Origin: Paracoccaceae bacterium
GTDB lineage: Bacteria > Pseudomonadota > Alphaproteobacteria > Rhodobacterales > Rhodobacteraceae
Direction of reading: 5' to 3'
Assembly (NCBI GenBank): GCA_046292785.1
Contig: JBKBQB010000006.1
Location: forward strand, 30,530 to 94,529
Length of the DNA: 64,000 nucleotides
Position numbers and translations under genes: made by a program
The notes under the pieces: generated by a model
What the model was told of the DNA's origin: nothing
The model's database searches: none
The model's input: the letters and a program-made list of their open reading frames with translations, nothing else
In this document: one piece after another, positions 51,604-59,356 of the stretch
How positions within the stretch are numbered: the first letter of the stretch is position 1
Layout: every line of letters starts with the position of its first letter

Positions 51604-53397
51604 TCAATTCCGGACAGCTGTTAGACCATCAATGGCAGGGGCTTCAACCACTGGCCGGATGCCCAGCAGGGGAGCGATGCGGCGGGTGATCTCGGCGGCG
51701 ACCGGAACGGCGGTCCAGCCAGCGGTGCGGCGCGGCTCCGTGCCGGACGTTTCCACCGGCTCGTCCAGCGTCACCAGCACCACATAACGCGGATCAGAGG
51801 CGGGAAAGACCGAAGCGAAGGTATTGATCACCTTGTCTTTGTAATAACCGCCCGTGCGCTTTGGCTTGTCGGCGGTGCCGGTCTTGCCTGCGACCTCATA
51901 TCCCGGCACCTCTGCCATGCTGGCGGTGCCGCGTGTCACCACCTGCCGCAGCATCGAGACCGAGGCATCGGCCACCTCTTCGCGCATGACACGGGTGCCC
52001 GCGCGCGGGCCAGCCTGTTTGATCAACGTGGGTTTGACGGTGATTCCCCCGTTGGCGATGGTGGCATATGCGGTAGCAAGGTGCAGCGGGCTGGCCGACA
52101 TGCCATGACCGTAAGATGTGGTGATGGTGACGATATCGGGCCAGCGGGCGGGCAGTAGCGGGCGGGCACCGGGGGCTTCTGTCAGTTCGACCGGGGTGGA
52201 TTCAAACATGCCAAGCGACTTAAGAAACGCCTGCTGGCGCAAGCCACCGATCTGCAGCGCCATCTTTGCGGTGCCGACGTTGGAAGACTTTACCATGACA
52301 TCGGTTACCGAAAGCAGGGGGCCATAGTTCTTGCCCTGGAATTCCTTGATCCGGTGCTTGCCCCATTGCATGGGCGCGTTCGCGTCCACCAGAGTATCGG
52401 GCCCGACAAGGCCCAGCTCCATCGCTTGTGCGGCAGCAAATATCTTGAAGGTCGACCCCAGTTCATAGACCCCTTGAACCGCCCTGTTGAACAGCGGGCT
52501 GTCACCGGGTTCGGCGTCCTTTGGCAAAACCGGGTTGGGGCGGTTGTTGGGGTCAAAGGTGGGAAGGCTTGCCAGAGACAGGATTTCACCTGTCTTCACA
52601 TCCATGATGATGGCAGCACCGCCCTTGGCGTTCAGCATGCTGATGCCGGCGCCCAGGATTTCCTCGACTGCGGCCTGCACCGTCAGGTCAACCGACAGTT
52701 CCAGTGGGGTGGCCGACAGCGCCGGGTCGCGCAAGCGGGCATCCATTGCACGTTCCACACCGGCGGTGCCGATGACTTCGGCGGAATGCACGCCTTCGGC
52801 ACCAAAGGAGGTGCCGCCAAGGATATGGGCGGCCAGCGTGCCGTTGGGATACAGCCGCATTTCGCGCGGGCCAAACAGCAGGCCGGGATCGCCGATATCA
52901 TGCACGGCCTGCATCTGTTCGGGGCTGAGCACCTTGCGCAGCCAGATGAAGCTGCGGCCATCGGTGAAGCGGCGGGTCAGATCGTCGGCCTTGAGCTCGG
53001 GGAAAATGGCGGCCAACTCACCCGCGACGCGGGCCGGATCAACCATGTCCTTGGGATGTGCATACAGTGCATGCGTCAGCATGTTGGTGGCCAGCACCCG
53101 CCCGTTGCGGTCGGTGATATCGGCGCGTTGGGCCAGGATTTCCGCGCCTGCGGCCGAAGAGCGGGGCTCCGCCGCCTCGGTGGTGGCGACCAGCCCCATG
53201 CGTGCACCAATGGCCGAAAAAGCGACAAAAAATGCAAATCCAAGGATCAAAAGGCGCACTTCGGCACGCGAGCGGGACGCATCACGCAACTGTTCATGCC
53301 GCAATCGCAAATTTTCGCGTTCGATCACGTCGGGGTTTTCGCCTTGGGCGCGGGCCTTTAGGATCCGGGCAAGCGGGCGCAGCGGCGTGCGGGTCAT
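51604..53397 (-). CDS. ftsI: peptidoglycan D,D-transpeptidase FtsI (PBP3)
   Basis: STFK (ELGSTFKIF), SSN (VKSSNVG), KTGT (AGKTGTA); ATG 53397 overlaps the ftsL stop; the 167-codon upstream ORF extension is discarded. Confidence 0.9.
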   Translation of the reverse strand: MTRTPLRPLARILKARAQGENPDVIERENLRLRHEQLRDASRSRAEVRLLILGFAFFVAFSAIGARMGLVATTEAAEPRSSAAGAEILAQRADITDRNGRVLATNMLTHALYAHPKDMVDPARVAGELAAIFPELKADDLTRRFTDGRSFIWLRKVLSPEQMQAVHDIGDPGLLFGPREMRLYPNGTLAAHILGGTSFGAEGVHSAEVIGTAGVERAMDARLRDPALSATPLELSVDLTVQAAVEEILGAGISMLNAKGGAAIIMDVKTGEILSLASLPTFDPNNRPNPVLPKDAEPGDSPLFNRAVQGVYELGSTFKIFAAAQAMELGLVGPDTLVDANAPMQWGKHRIKEFQGKNYGPLLSVTDVMVKSSNVGTAKMALQIGGLRQQAFLKSLGMFESTPVELTEAPGARPLLPARWPDIVTITTSYGHGMSASPLHLATAYATIANGGITVKPTLIKQAGPRAGTRVMREEVADASVSMLRQVVTRGTASMAEVPGYEVAGKTGTADKPKRTGGYYKDKVINTFASVFPASDPRYVVLVTLDEPVETSGTEPRRTAGWTAVPVAAEITRRIAPLLGIRPVVEAPAIDGLTAVRN

Positions 53398-53756
53398 AGC
53401 GGCTCCTCCCCGGTGTTCAATTGGCCATTGACCATGACGGAGTTGTTGATATCGCCAAAGAACTCCTCGACCGCCGGATAGGACAGGTTGGCGGCATCGC
53501 CAAATTGCGTGGGTTCCAGCGGCATCAGGCCCAGAGTTTCGAAATTGGCCGAAGCCAGTTCGCGCAGACGGTCGGGGCGGTTCAAATAGGCCCATTCGGC
53601 GCGCTGCAAGGCAAGCGCTTCGCGCAGGCTGGCGATTTCGGAGTTCAGAGCAGACACCTCGCGCAGGGCTTGCCGCGTGTCGTAGTGTTCGCGGTAAGCC
53701 CAGAAACCAAGGCCCAGCACGGCGATGAACGACAGAACATAAATGACGGGGCGCAT
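53394..53756 (-). CDS. ftsL: cell division protein FtsL-like
   Basis: Single N-terminal TM plus coiled coil (EVSALNSEIASLREALALQRAEWAYL); position between rsmH and ftsI. Confidence 0.7.
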   Translation of the reverse strand: MRPVIYVLSFIAVLGLGFWAYREHYDTRQALREVSALNSEIASLREALALQRAEWAYLNRPDRLRELASANFETLGLMPLEPTQFGDAANLSYPAVEEFFGDINNSVMVNGQLNTGEEPL

Positions 53757-54763
53757 CAGCGGCGTCCTTTCTTCTGGGGCGGCGGTTCCGGCAGGCCAAG
53801 GGCTGAAGGATCAAGACTTTGCGCCGGCGCGCTGGTGCGGCGTCCAATGCGCAATTTGGCTGATCGCGCGCGCGGGTTTTCATCCAATTCGCGGTCATCG
53901 GGACCCACGGCGCGTTTGGTCACGATGTCGAACCGCGCGGTGTTGAGCGCAGTCTGTGGGGCGTAGCGGTTGGTATTGGGCTCGGTGCCGGAGGCCAGCT
54001 GGAAGAAGCGTTTCACAATGCGGTCCTCCAGACTGTGGAAGCTGACCACGGCCAATAGGCCACCGGGTTTCAACGCGCGTTCGGCCGCCATCAGCCCTTC
54101 GGCCAGTTCGGTGAATTCGGTATTCACCGCGATGCGGATGGCCTGAAAGCTGCGGGTCGCCGGGTGGCTTTGCCCCGGTTTGGGACGCGGCAGGCACCGC
54201 GCGACGATTTCGGCCAATTGCAGCGTGGTCTCTATCGGGGCGCGGTTACGGTGCTCGACGATGGATTTGGCGATGCGGCGCGAGGCGCGTTCCTCGCCGT
54301 AGTGATAGAGGATGTCGGCCAGCCGGGTTTCATCGGCGGTGTTGACCAGATCGGCAGCGGAGGGACCGTCTTGCGACATGCGCATGTCCAAGGGGCCGTC
54401 CTTCATGAACGAAAAGCCGCGCTCCGCCTGATCGAGTTGCATGGAACTGACGCCAAGATCGAGGACGACACCATCGAGCGGGGCGTCACTGTATTGATAA
54501 AGGTTGGAAAAAGTGCCCGCCACCAGCGTCAGCCGGTCGCCGTAAGTGCCACGCCAGCTTTGCGCCATGTCCAGCGCAATTGGGTCGCGGTCAACGCCGA
54601 TCACATCGGCTCCGGCATCCAGCAGCGCGCGGGCATAGCCCCCTGCTCCGAACGTGCCGTCCAGCCACAGCCCGCCGATGGGCGCGCACAAGTCCAGGAT
54701 GGGGCGCAAAAGCACCGGGATATGGGGGGCGCGACCCTGTTGCTGATCGCCAATCTCTGCCAT
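53756..54763 (-). CDS. rsmH: 16S rRNA (cytosine1402-N4)-methyltransferase
   Basis: [25 protein letters not shown]. Confidence 0.9.
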   Translation of the reverse strand: MAEIGDQQQGRAPHIPVLLRPILDLCAPIGGLWLDGTFGAGGYARALLDAGADVIGVDRDPIALDMAQSWRGTYGDRLTLVAGTFSNLYQYSDAPLDGVVLDLGVSSMQLDQAERGFSFMKDGPLDMRMSQDGPSAADLVNTADETRLADILYHYGEERASRRIAKSIVEHRNRAPIETTLQLAEIVARCLPRPKPGQSHPATRSFQAIRIAVNTEFTELAEGLMAAERALKPGGLLAVVSFHSLEDRIVKRFFQLASGTEPNTNRYAPQTALNTARFDIVTKRAVGPDDRELDENPRARSAKLRIGRRTSAPAQSLDPSALGLPEPPPQKKGRR

Positions 54764-54764
54764 C

Positions 54765-55277
54765 TCACCCGACCTTTGGGTAACGGCCAACCACCGCAAG
54801 GGCATCTTCGCCGTCGTCTTCATCGTCATCATCGTCGAACACATCGCGGTAGACATCGCCACGCCACAGCGAGAAGCGGTCGGTCGCACCGGCAAGGGCG
54901 GAGTCCACGCCATCCTTGATCATCTCGGGCGTGATGCCCAGCTTGTCCCGGACAGGGCCAGGCAGGACGATCCTGCCGTCATCATCAATGTCCACGGTTG
55001 CGGAACGGGTGACCAGATCACGTTCAGCCTTGATCCGGTCTTTGGTCCCCAAGGGAATGGTTTCGACCCAGCGGGCCAGCGCATCGGCGCCCGCCATCGA
55101 ATAGCAATCGCAGAACTGACGGCTTTTGCCGCCATAGACGATGACCATACGGGTGCGGGGGGTGTCAGAAGTGCGGGGATCGCCAGCGTCGAGGACACGT
55201 CGGAACGGCGCCGGGATCAGGACCCGGGCTTTGGAATCTACCTTCTGGTAGTATTCACCGCGAAACATATCCGACAT
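54765..55277 (-). CDS. mraZ: division/cell wall cluster transcriptional regulator MraZ
   Basis: Two MraZ/SpoVT-AbrB repeats ([15 protein letters not shown]; [16 protein letters not shown]), acidic C-terminal tail. Confidence 0.9.
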   Translation of the reverse strand: MSDMFRGEYYQKVDSKARVLIPAPFRRVLDAGDPRTSDTPRTRMVIVYGGKSRQFCDCYSMAGADALARWVETIPLGTKDRIKAERDLVTRSATVDIDDDGRIVLPGPVRDKLGITPEMIKDGVDSALAGATDRFSLWRGDVYRDVFDDDDDEDDGEDALAVVGRYPKVG

Positions 55278-55333
55278 ATTGCCTGAGCTTGCGCCCGTCC
55301 CTTTCCGTCGTTGCGCCCCGTTTGCGGGGGTCT

Positions 55334-55380
55334 GAAATGAATACGGCGGACCGAGCTGCTGCCACTGCTCGATCCGCCGC
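55334..55380 (-). terminator. terminator/attenuator hairpin inside the mraZ leader
   Basis: On the - strand GGCGGATCGAGC-loop-GCTCGGTCCGCC (12 bp, one G-U) followed by GUAUUCAUUUC, about 55 nt before the mraZ ATG. Confidence 0.45.
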
Positions 55381-55550
55381 CTGTCCCATCGCTGGGCGTC
55401 CTGCTACGCGTGCCACCTGGGGGAGATGTCTGCTCGCTCGCGCGCCGGATCTCATGTTGTCTAAACGGGGTTGCCTGTATGAAGCCTGACTGTTTCGCCT
55501 GTTTGCGGTCTTAAGCTGCCGCTGCTGTTCGTACTGCCCGTCTCGATGAC
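55334..55550 (-). ncRNA. candidate UpsM-like 5'-leader-derived sRNA of the dcw cluster (ends inferred, 5' end unknown)
   Basis: Roughly 200-nt non-coding leader between the phased GGG boxes and the leader terminator; analogy to the R. sphaeroides mraZ leader. Confidence 0.3.
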
Positions 55551-55552
55551 CA

Positions 55553-55607
55553 AGGGATGCCATGGGATTATCTGGGAAGCAACGGGAAAGTTTGGGTACT
55601 TGCGGGG
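55553..55607. promoter_or_regulatory. six GGG boxes phased at exactly 10 bp (putative MraZ operator)
   Basis: aGGGa 55553, tGGGa 55563, tGGGa 55573, cGGGa 55583, tGGGt 55593, cGGGg 55603 on the + strand. Confidence 0.45.
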
Positions 55608-55908
55608 CAATAGGCACTCTGCGGCATGCTTGCCACAGCATCTAGGAGGCACTAAAAACAAAATACAGCGCGACTTATGGCAATCACGGTCGCGTGAACA
55701 CTAGATATAGTGAATGAAAATTTTCCCAGCCCCACCCGGCCAGATCCGAACTTTTTGGCGTCAGCCTGCGAAGAATACAGTTTCATGACAAAAATCAGCC
55801 GCGAAAACGCAAGAAACCGGAGTTTTCACTCCGATTTCCCAGAAAATCCCAAAGGCGTGATTCGGCGTGATTGCCGTTTCCCGCCTGATCCCGGCCAATC
55901 CCGCCGGC

Positions 55909-56994
55909 TCAGGCCATGCCGCCGGCAATCAGACGATGGGCAATCCTTGCATAGGCTTCTGCCTCGGGGACGTCCGTGGCGGCGATTGGGGTGCCGCTGT
56001 CACCTGCCTGACGGACGGCTAGGGTCAGGGGCAGTTCCCCAAGAAAGGGTAGATCAAGACGCTCGGCATCGGCCTTGACGCCACCATGACCAAAGATCTG
56101 CGTCTCATGCCCACAGTTGGGGCAGCAGAAGGTGGACATGTTCTCGATCAGACCCAACACCGGGGTTTTCAGCTTCAGGAACATATCCAGCGCCTTGCGC
56201 GCATCAAGCAGCGCCACATCCTGCGGGGTGGAAACAATGATCGCGCCGGTCAGTTGCGTACGCTGGCACAGGGTAAGCTGGATATCGCCGGTGCCGGGGG
56301 GCAGGTCGATCAGCAGGATATCCAGCTTGCCCCAGGCAACTTGTGTGAGGAGTTGCTGCAACGCGCCCATGATCATCGGGCCGCGCCAGATAACCGCTTC
56401 GTCATCCTTGAGCATCAGGCCCAGCGACATCATGGTGACGCCATGAGCGATGATCGGCTCGATGATCTTGCCATCCGGGCTGGCCGGGCGGCGGTTGACG
56501 CCCATCATCCTGGGCTGGCTGGGGCCGTAGATATCTGCATCCAGCAGGCCGACGCGGCGACCTTGGCGCGCAAGCGCTACGGCCAGGTTCGACGAGACGG
56601 TGGATTTTCCCACGCCACCCTTGCCCGAGCCAATGGCGATGATGCGGTCGATCCCAGCCAATTTCTGCGGGCCGCCCTGTTGTGGTGTAGGGTGCTGGCC
56701 GATCTTCAGGCTGGGAGCTGCCGGTTTGGCAGCGGGGCCATGGGCGGTGGTGACGGCCTGAACGACAGAGACGCCGGGCAGCGCGCGGACGGCGGCCTCC
56801 GCCAAGGGCTGAAGCGCAGCAATCTGCCGGGCCGATTCGGGATCAGGGGCCTCGATCACGAAACGAACGGTGGTTCCTTCGGTGGAATCATCGATCGTCA
56901 AAGCCCGGATCATGTCCTGCGACACCAAAGTTCCACCGCCGGGCAGTCTGATCCCGGCCAAAGCCGCCATCACATCGTTGCGCAAGACACCCAT
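55909..56994 (-). CDS. apbC: Mrp/NBP35-family iron-sulfur cluster carrier ATPase (ApbC)
   Basis: N-terminal DUF59-like domain, deviant Walker [18 protein letters not shown] motif. Confidence 0.9.
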   Translation of the reverse strand: MGVLRNDVMAALAGIRLPGGGTLVSQDMIRALTIDDSTEGTTVRFVIEAPDPESARQIAALQPLAEAAVRALPGVSVVQAVTTAHGPAAKPAAPSLKIGQHPTPQQGGPQKLAGIDRIIAIGSGKGGVGKSTVSSNLAVALARQGRRVGLLDADIYGPSQPRMMGVNRRPASPDGKIIEPIIAHGVTMMSLGLMLKDDEAVIWRGPMIMGALQQLLTQVAWGKLDILLIDLPPGTGDIQLTLCQRTQLTGAIIVSTPQDVALLDARKALDMFLKLKTPVLGLIENMSTFCCPNCGHETQIFGHGGVKADAERLDLPFLGELPLTLAVRQAGDSGTPIAATDVPEAEAYARIAHRLIAGGMA

Positions 56995-57250
56995 TGTTGT
57001 TTTCCCTTTGCCTGTCCTTGCGGCACAGTTGCGGGCTTTGCCCAAAACCTCAAGGTTTGCTTGACCAAATGCTCAATTTTTACACGAAGCTGCTGTAATT
57101 AATGACGTTTTCATGACGCAAAGCCATGCGGTTGCTGCATGGCAGCATTGCGCATCCGGGCTATTGTGCAGATGCAGCATTTGCCCCATCTTACTAACAA
57201 CAACGCAGCAAAGCGCTGCATCTGAACCAAAACCAAGAGGCTAGAGTGTT

Positions 57251-57466
57251 ATGGCTTATGTAAATTCTTCACGCGCCACGACCTACGGCATCGCTGACCG
57301 GGCTGCGGCCATTGTCAAAAACATTCGGGTGGGTCTGGAACGTCGTCGCGTCTTCAAACAGACCGTGCGGGAACTCCAGGCGCTTTCGAACCGGGAACTG
57401 GCAGATCTGGGCATCCACCGCAGCATGATCAGCCGTGTCGCCAACGAGGCTGCCTACGGCAAGTGA
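57251..57466 (+). CDS. DUF1127 domain small protein
   Basis: 71 aa; C-terminal RELQALSNRELADLGIHRSMISRVANEA matches the DUF1127 pattern; RBS AAGAGG. Confidence 0.85.
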   Translation: MAYVNSSRATTYGIADRAAAIVKNIRVGLERRRVFKQTVRELQALSNRELADLGIHRSMISRVANEAAYGK

Positions 57467-57491
57467 TTGAGGCTGCCTACGGCAAGTGATT
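57446..57491 (+). repeat. perfect 23-bp tandem duplication spanning the DUF1127 stop codon
   Basis: GAGGCTGCCTACGGCAAGTGATT at 57446-57468 and again at 57469-57491. Confidence 0.95.
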
Positions 57492-57499
57492 TTTCTTTG

Positions 57500-57596
57500 C
57501 GAGACCCTCTCCTCCTCCCTGGGGTCTGTAGCAAAAGCGTCGGTGTCTACCTCCTCCCTGACGCCGACGCGCCTAAATCAGAGCATATGCTCTGAC
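57500..57596 (+). ncRNA. CcsR-like unit 1 (boundaries approximate)
   Basis: Hairpins 57502-57527 and 57537-57570 plus the perfect palindrome TCAGAGCATATGCTCTGA at 57578-57595. Confidence 0.5.
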
Positions 57597-57605
57597 CCGA
57601 TACGG

Positions 57606-57702
57606 GAAGCCCCTCCTCCTCCCTGGGCTTTTCGGAAAAGCGGCACCCTCCTTCCTCCTCCCTGAGGGTGCCGCGCCAAAAATTCGAGCGCCTCAACGCT
57701 CA
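57606..57702 (+). ncRNA. CcsR-like unit 2 (boundaries approximate)
   Basis: Hairpins 57607-57630 and 57640-57674 plus the small hairpin GAGCG/CGCTC at 57686-57701. Confidence 0.5.
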
Positions 57703-57896
57703 CCACAGTTCGAACGGCCCCTCCTCCTCCCTGGGCCGGTCGGATCAGCGGCGGCCCCCTCCTCCTCCCTGGGGTCGCCGCGCCCGAAATTCGAGCGTCT
57801 TGACGCTCACCACAGTTCGAACGGCCCCTCCTCCTCCCTGGGCCGGTCGGATCAGCGGCGGCCCCCTCCTCCTCCCTGGGGTCGCCGCGCCCGAAA
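57683..57896 (+). repeat. two tandem 107-bp units, 104/107 identical
   Basis: 57683-57789 versus 57790-57896 compared base by base; the only differences are CCTCAA versus TCTTGA in the loop of the GAGCG/CGCTC hairpin. Confidence 0.9.
57712..57809 (+). ncRNA. CcsR-like unit 3 (boundaries approximate)
   Basis: Two CCUCCUCCC hairpins (loops at 57723 and 57761) plus GAGCG/CGCTC at 57793-57808. Confidence 0.5.
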
Positions 57897-57915
57897 TATG
57901 GGCCTTCTGGCCCAC
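57819..57915 (+). ncRNA. CcsR-like unit 4 (boundaries approximate), near-identical to unit 3
   Basis: Loops at 57830 and 57868 plus the hairpin TGGGCC/GGCCCA at 57899-57914. Confidence 0.5.
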
Positions 57916-57923
57916 ATTCGTTC

Positions 57924-58006
57924 GGTCCTGCCCCCTCCTCCTCCCTAGGGTCGGACTGAAAAGCGGAACCTGCGCCCCCTCCTCCTCCCTGGGGTTCGGG
58001 TTCCCG
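57924..58006 (+). ncRNA. CcsR-like unit 5 (boundaries approximate)
   Basis: Loops at 57937 and 57981; stems GTCC..CCC/GGG..GGAC and GGAACC..CCCC/GGGG..GGTTCC. Confidence 0.45.
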
Positions 58007-58008
58007 GA

Positions 58009-58096
58009 TACGCCGACCCCCTCCTCCTCCCTGGGGTTGGTCGTGAATGATGCGGCGGCGCCCCTCCTCCTCCCTGGGCGTCGCCGTTTTCAGTTT
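58009..58096 (+). ncRNA. CcsR-like unit 6 with terminal intrinsic terminator (boundaries approximate)
   Basis: Loops at 58023 and 58066; the last stem GGCGGCGCCC/GGGCGTCGCC is followed by GTTTTCAGTTT. Confidence 0.5.
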
Positions 58097-58150
58097 CGGG
58101 GGTTGCGATTGCCGGATTGCGCCGGAATAGTCGCGACAAACGGGGGCGTT

Positions 58151-59296
58151 ATGCGGATTTCCTTGATCTCGGCGGCGGTTGTCGCGGCACTGGTCGGCTA
58201 CGGCTCCACCATCGCGCTGGTTCTGGCGGCGGCTTTGGCCGTTGGGGCCGATGCAGGACAGACCGCAAGCTGGGTGCTGGCAATCTCCTTGGCCAAAGCG
58301 CTGGGGTCGGCTTGGCTGTCGGCCTGGAATCGGGTGCCGGTGGTGCTGGCCTGGTCCACACCGGGGGCGGCGCTGATTGCAGCGACGACCGGAATCACCA
58401 TGCCGCAAGCGGTGGGGGCTTTTGTGCTGGCAGGCGCACTGGTCGCACTGACGGCAGCCGTGCGGCCTCTGGGCCGATTGGTCGCGGCCATTCCCGATGG
58501 CATTGCAGCGGCAATGCTGGCGGGGGTGCTGCTGCCGTTTTGCCTGCGCGGTGCGGGGGCGGCAGCGGCCGCACCGTGGTTGGTCTTGCCGATGGTGGCA
58601 GTGTTTGCGCTGGTGCGGCTGTGGAACCCGGCGCTGGCGGTGCTGGCAGCGCTGAGCGCGGGCGTGGCGCTGGCATTTGGCACCGGCGCGGCTGTGTTGC
58701 CCGTGCTCGCGTTCCCGGCCCCTGCCCCGGTGTTTGTGATGCCAGAGTGGAACCTGCGCGTGCTGATCGGGCTGGGGGTGCCTCTGTATCTGGTGACGAT
58801 GGCAAGCCAGAACCTGCCAGGATTTGCCGTGATGCGGGCGGCGGGCTATCAGCCGCCGGTGACGCGGGCGCTGGCGGTGACGGGGGGGATTTCTGCCGTG
58901 TCTGCACTGTTCGGCGCCCATACCATCAACATGGCGGCGATCACGGCGGCGATCTGCATGGGCGATGATGTGCATCCCGACCGCGACCAGCGCTGGAAGG
59001 TGGGGTTGGCCTATGCGGCTGCATGGGTTTTGCTGGGCCTGTGCTCGCCCGCGATTCTGGTGCTGCTGGGCGCTTTGCCGCCGCAAGTGATGGTCGCGCT
59101 GGTGGCGCTGGCGCTGCTGGGGCCGCTGATGGGGGCACTGGCCGGGGCGTTTGCAGTGCTGGAGACGCGGTTTGCCGCGACGATCACGCTGGCGGTAGGC
59201 GGATCGGGGGTGGTGGTGTTTGGCGTGGGGGCCGCGTTCTGGGGGTTGGCCGCGGGATTGGTGGTGTTCGGACTGGAGCGGGCCAAACGCGGCTGA
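58151..59296 (+). CDS. benE: BenE-family benzoate/H+ symporter-like transporter
   Basis: MRISLISAAVVAALVGYGSTIALVL... multi-TM BenE-like pattern; the 161 upstream codons of ORF 57668-59296 run through the hairpin array and are discarded. Confidence 0.8.
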   Translation: MRISLISAAVVAALVGYGSTIALVLAAALAVGADAGQTASWVLAISLAKALGSAWLSAWNRVPVVLAWSTPGAALIAATTGITMPQAVGAFVLAGALVALTAAVRPLGRLVAAIPDGIAAAMLAGVLLPFCLRGAGAAAAAPWLVLPMVAVFALVRLWNPALAVLAALSAGVALAFGTGAAVLPVLAFPAPAPVFVMPEWNLRVLIGLGVPLYLVTMASQNLPGFAVMRAAGYQPPVTRALAVTGGISAVSALFGAHTINMAAITAAICMGDDVHPDRDQRWKVGLAYAAAWVLLGLCSPAILVLLGALPPQVMVALVALALLGPLMGALAGAFAVLETRFAATITLAVGGSGVVVFGVGAAFWGLAAGLVVFGLERAKRG

Positions 59297-59325
59297 GGGC
59301 GGTAGGCGCGGCCGGTGAGGGATTT

Positions 59326-59349
59326 GAGTATTTTTGCCAAGATGAAGGG
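59326..59349 (+). repeat. best exemplar of the dispersed short motif GAGTATTTTTGCCAAGATGAAGGG
   Basis: Between the convergent benE and uvrD ends; related copies at 19434, 22064, 29718 and 46547. Confidence 0.3.
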
Positions 59350-59356
59350 CGAAGGC

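Larger units (their letters stand above)
57500..58096 (+). ncRNA. tandem cluster of CcsR/cuckoo-type sRNAs: 12 hairpins with CCUCCUCCC loops, about 6 two-hairpin units
   Basis: CCTCCTCCC at 57511, 57550, 57615, 57654, 57723, 57761, 57830, 57868, 57937, 57981, 58023 and 58066, each flanked by complementary GC-rich arms; the final hairpin is followed by TTTT. Confidence 0.7.

Noticed and set aside
55255-56078. ORFs of 66-128 aa inside the mraZ upstream region (55255-55641 -, 55289-55489 +, 55461-55661 -, 55710-56078 +)
   Set aside because: They have no RBS, odd composition and mutual overlap. One also overlaps the apbC 3' end. The region is better explained as promoter/operator plus a long leader.
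57097-57113. TTAA-N7-TTCA as a CtrA box upstream of the DUF1127 gene (and TTAAC-N-CCAAC at 9431)
   Set aside because: Only one half-site matches TTAA-N7-TTAAC. Insufficient without a matrix score.
57500-58096. Possible CRISPR array
   Set aside because: The conserved element is only 9-13 nt and sits in hairpin loops, with variable complementary arms rather than 25-40-nt identical repeats. Spacing alternates at about 39 and 69 nt. No cas genes are present. The architecture fits the CcsR/cuckoo sRNA family.
57578-59296. 502-aa (minus) and 542-aa (plus) ORFs crossing the hairpin array
   Set aside because: Their N- or C-terminal parts translate the CCTCCTCCC repeats into PPPPWG / GGGGRR-type repeats. 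The real gene is benE, starting at 58151. The upstream part is a structured RNA array.
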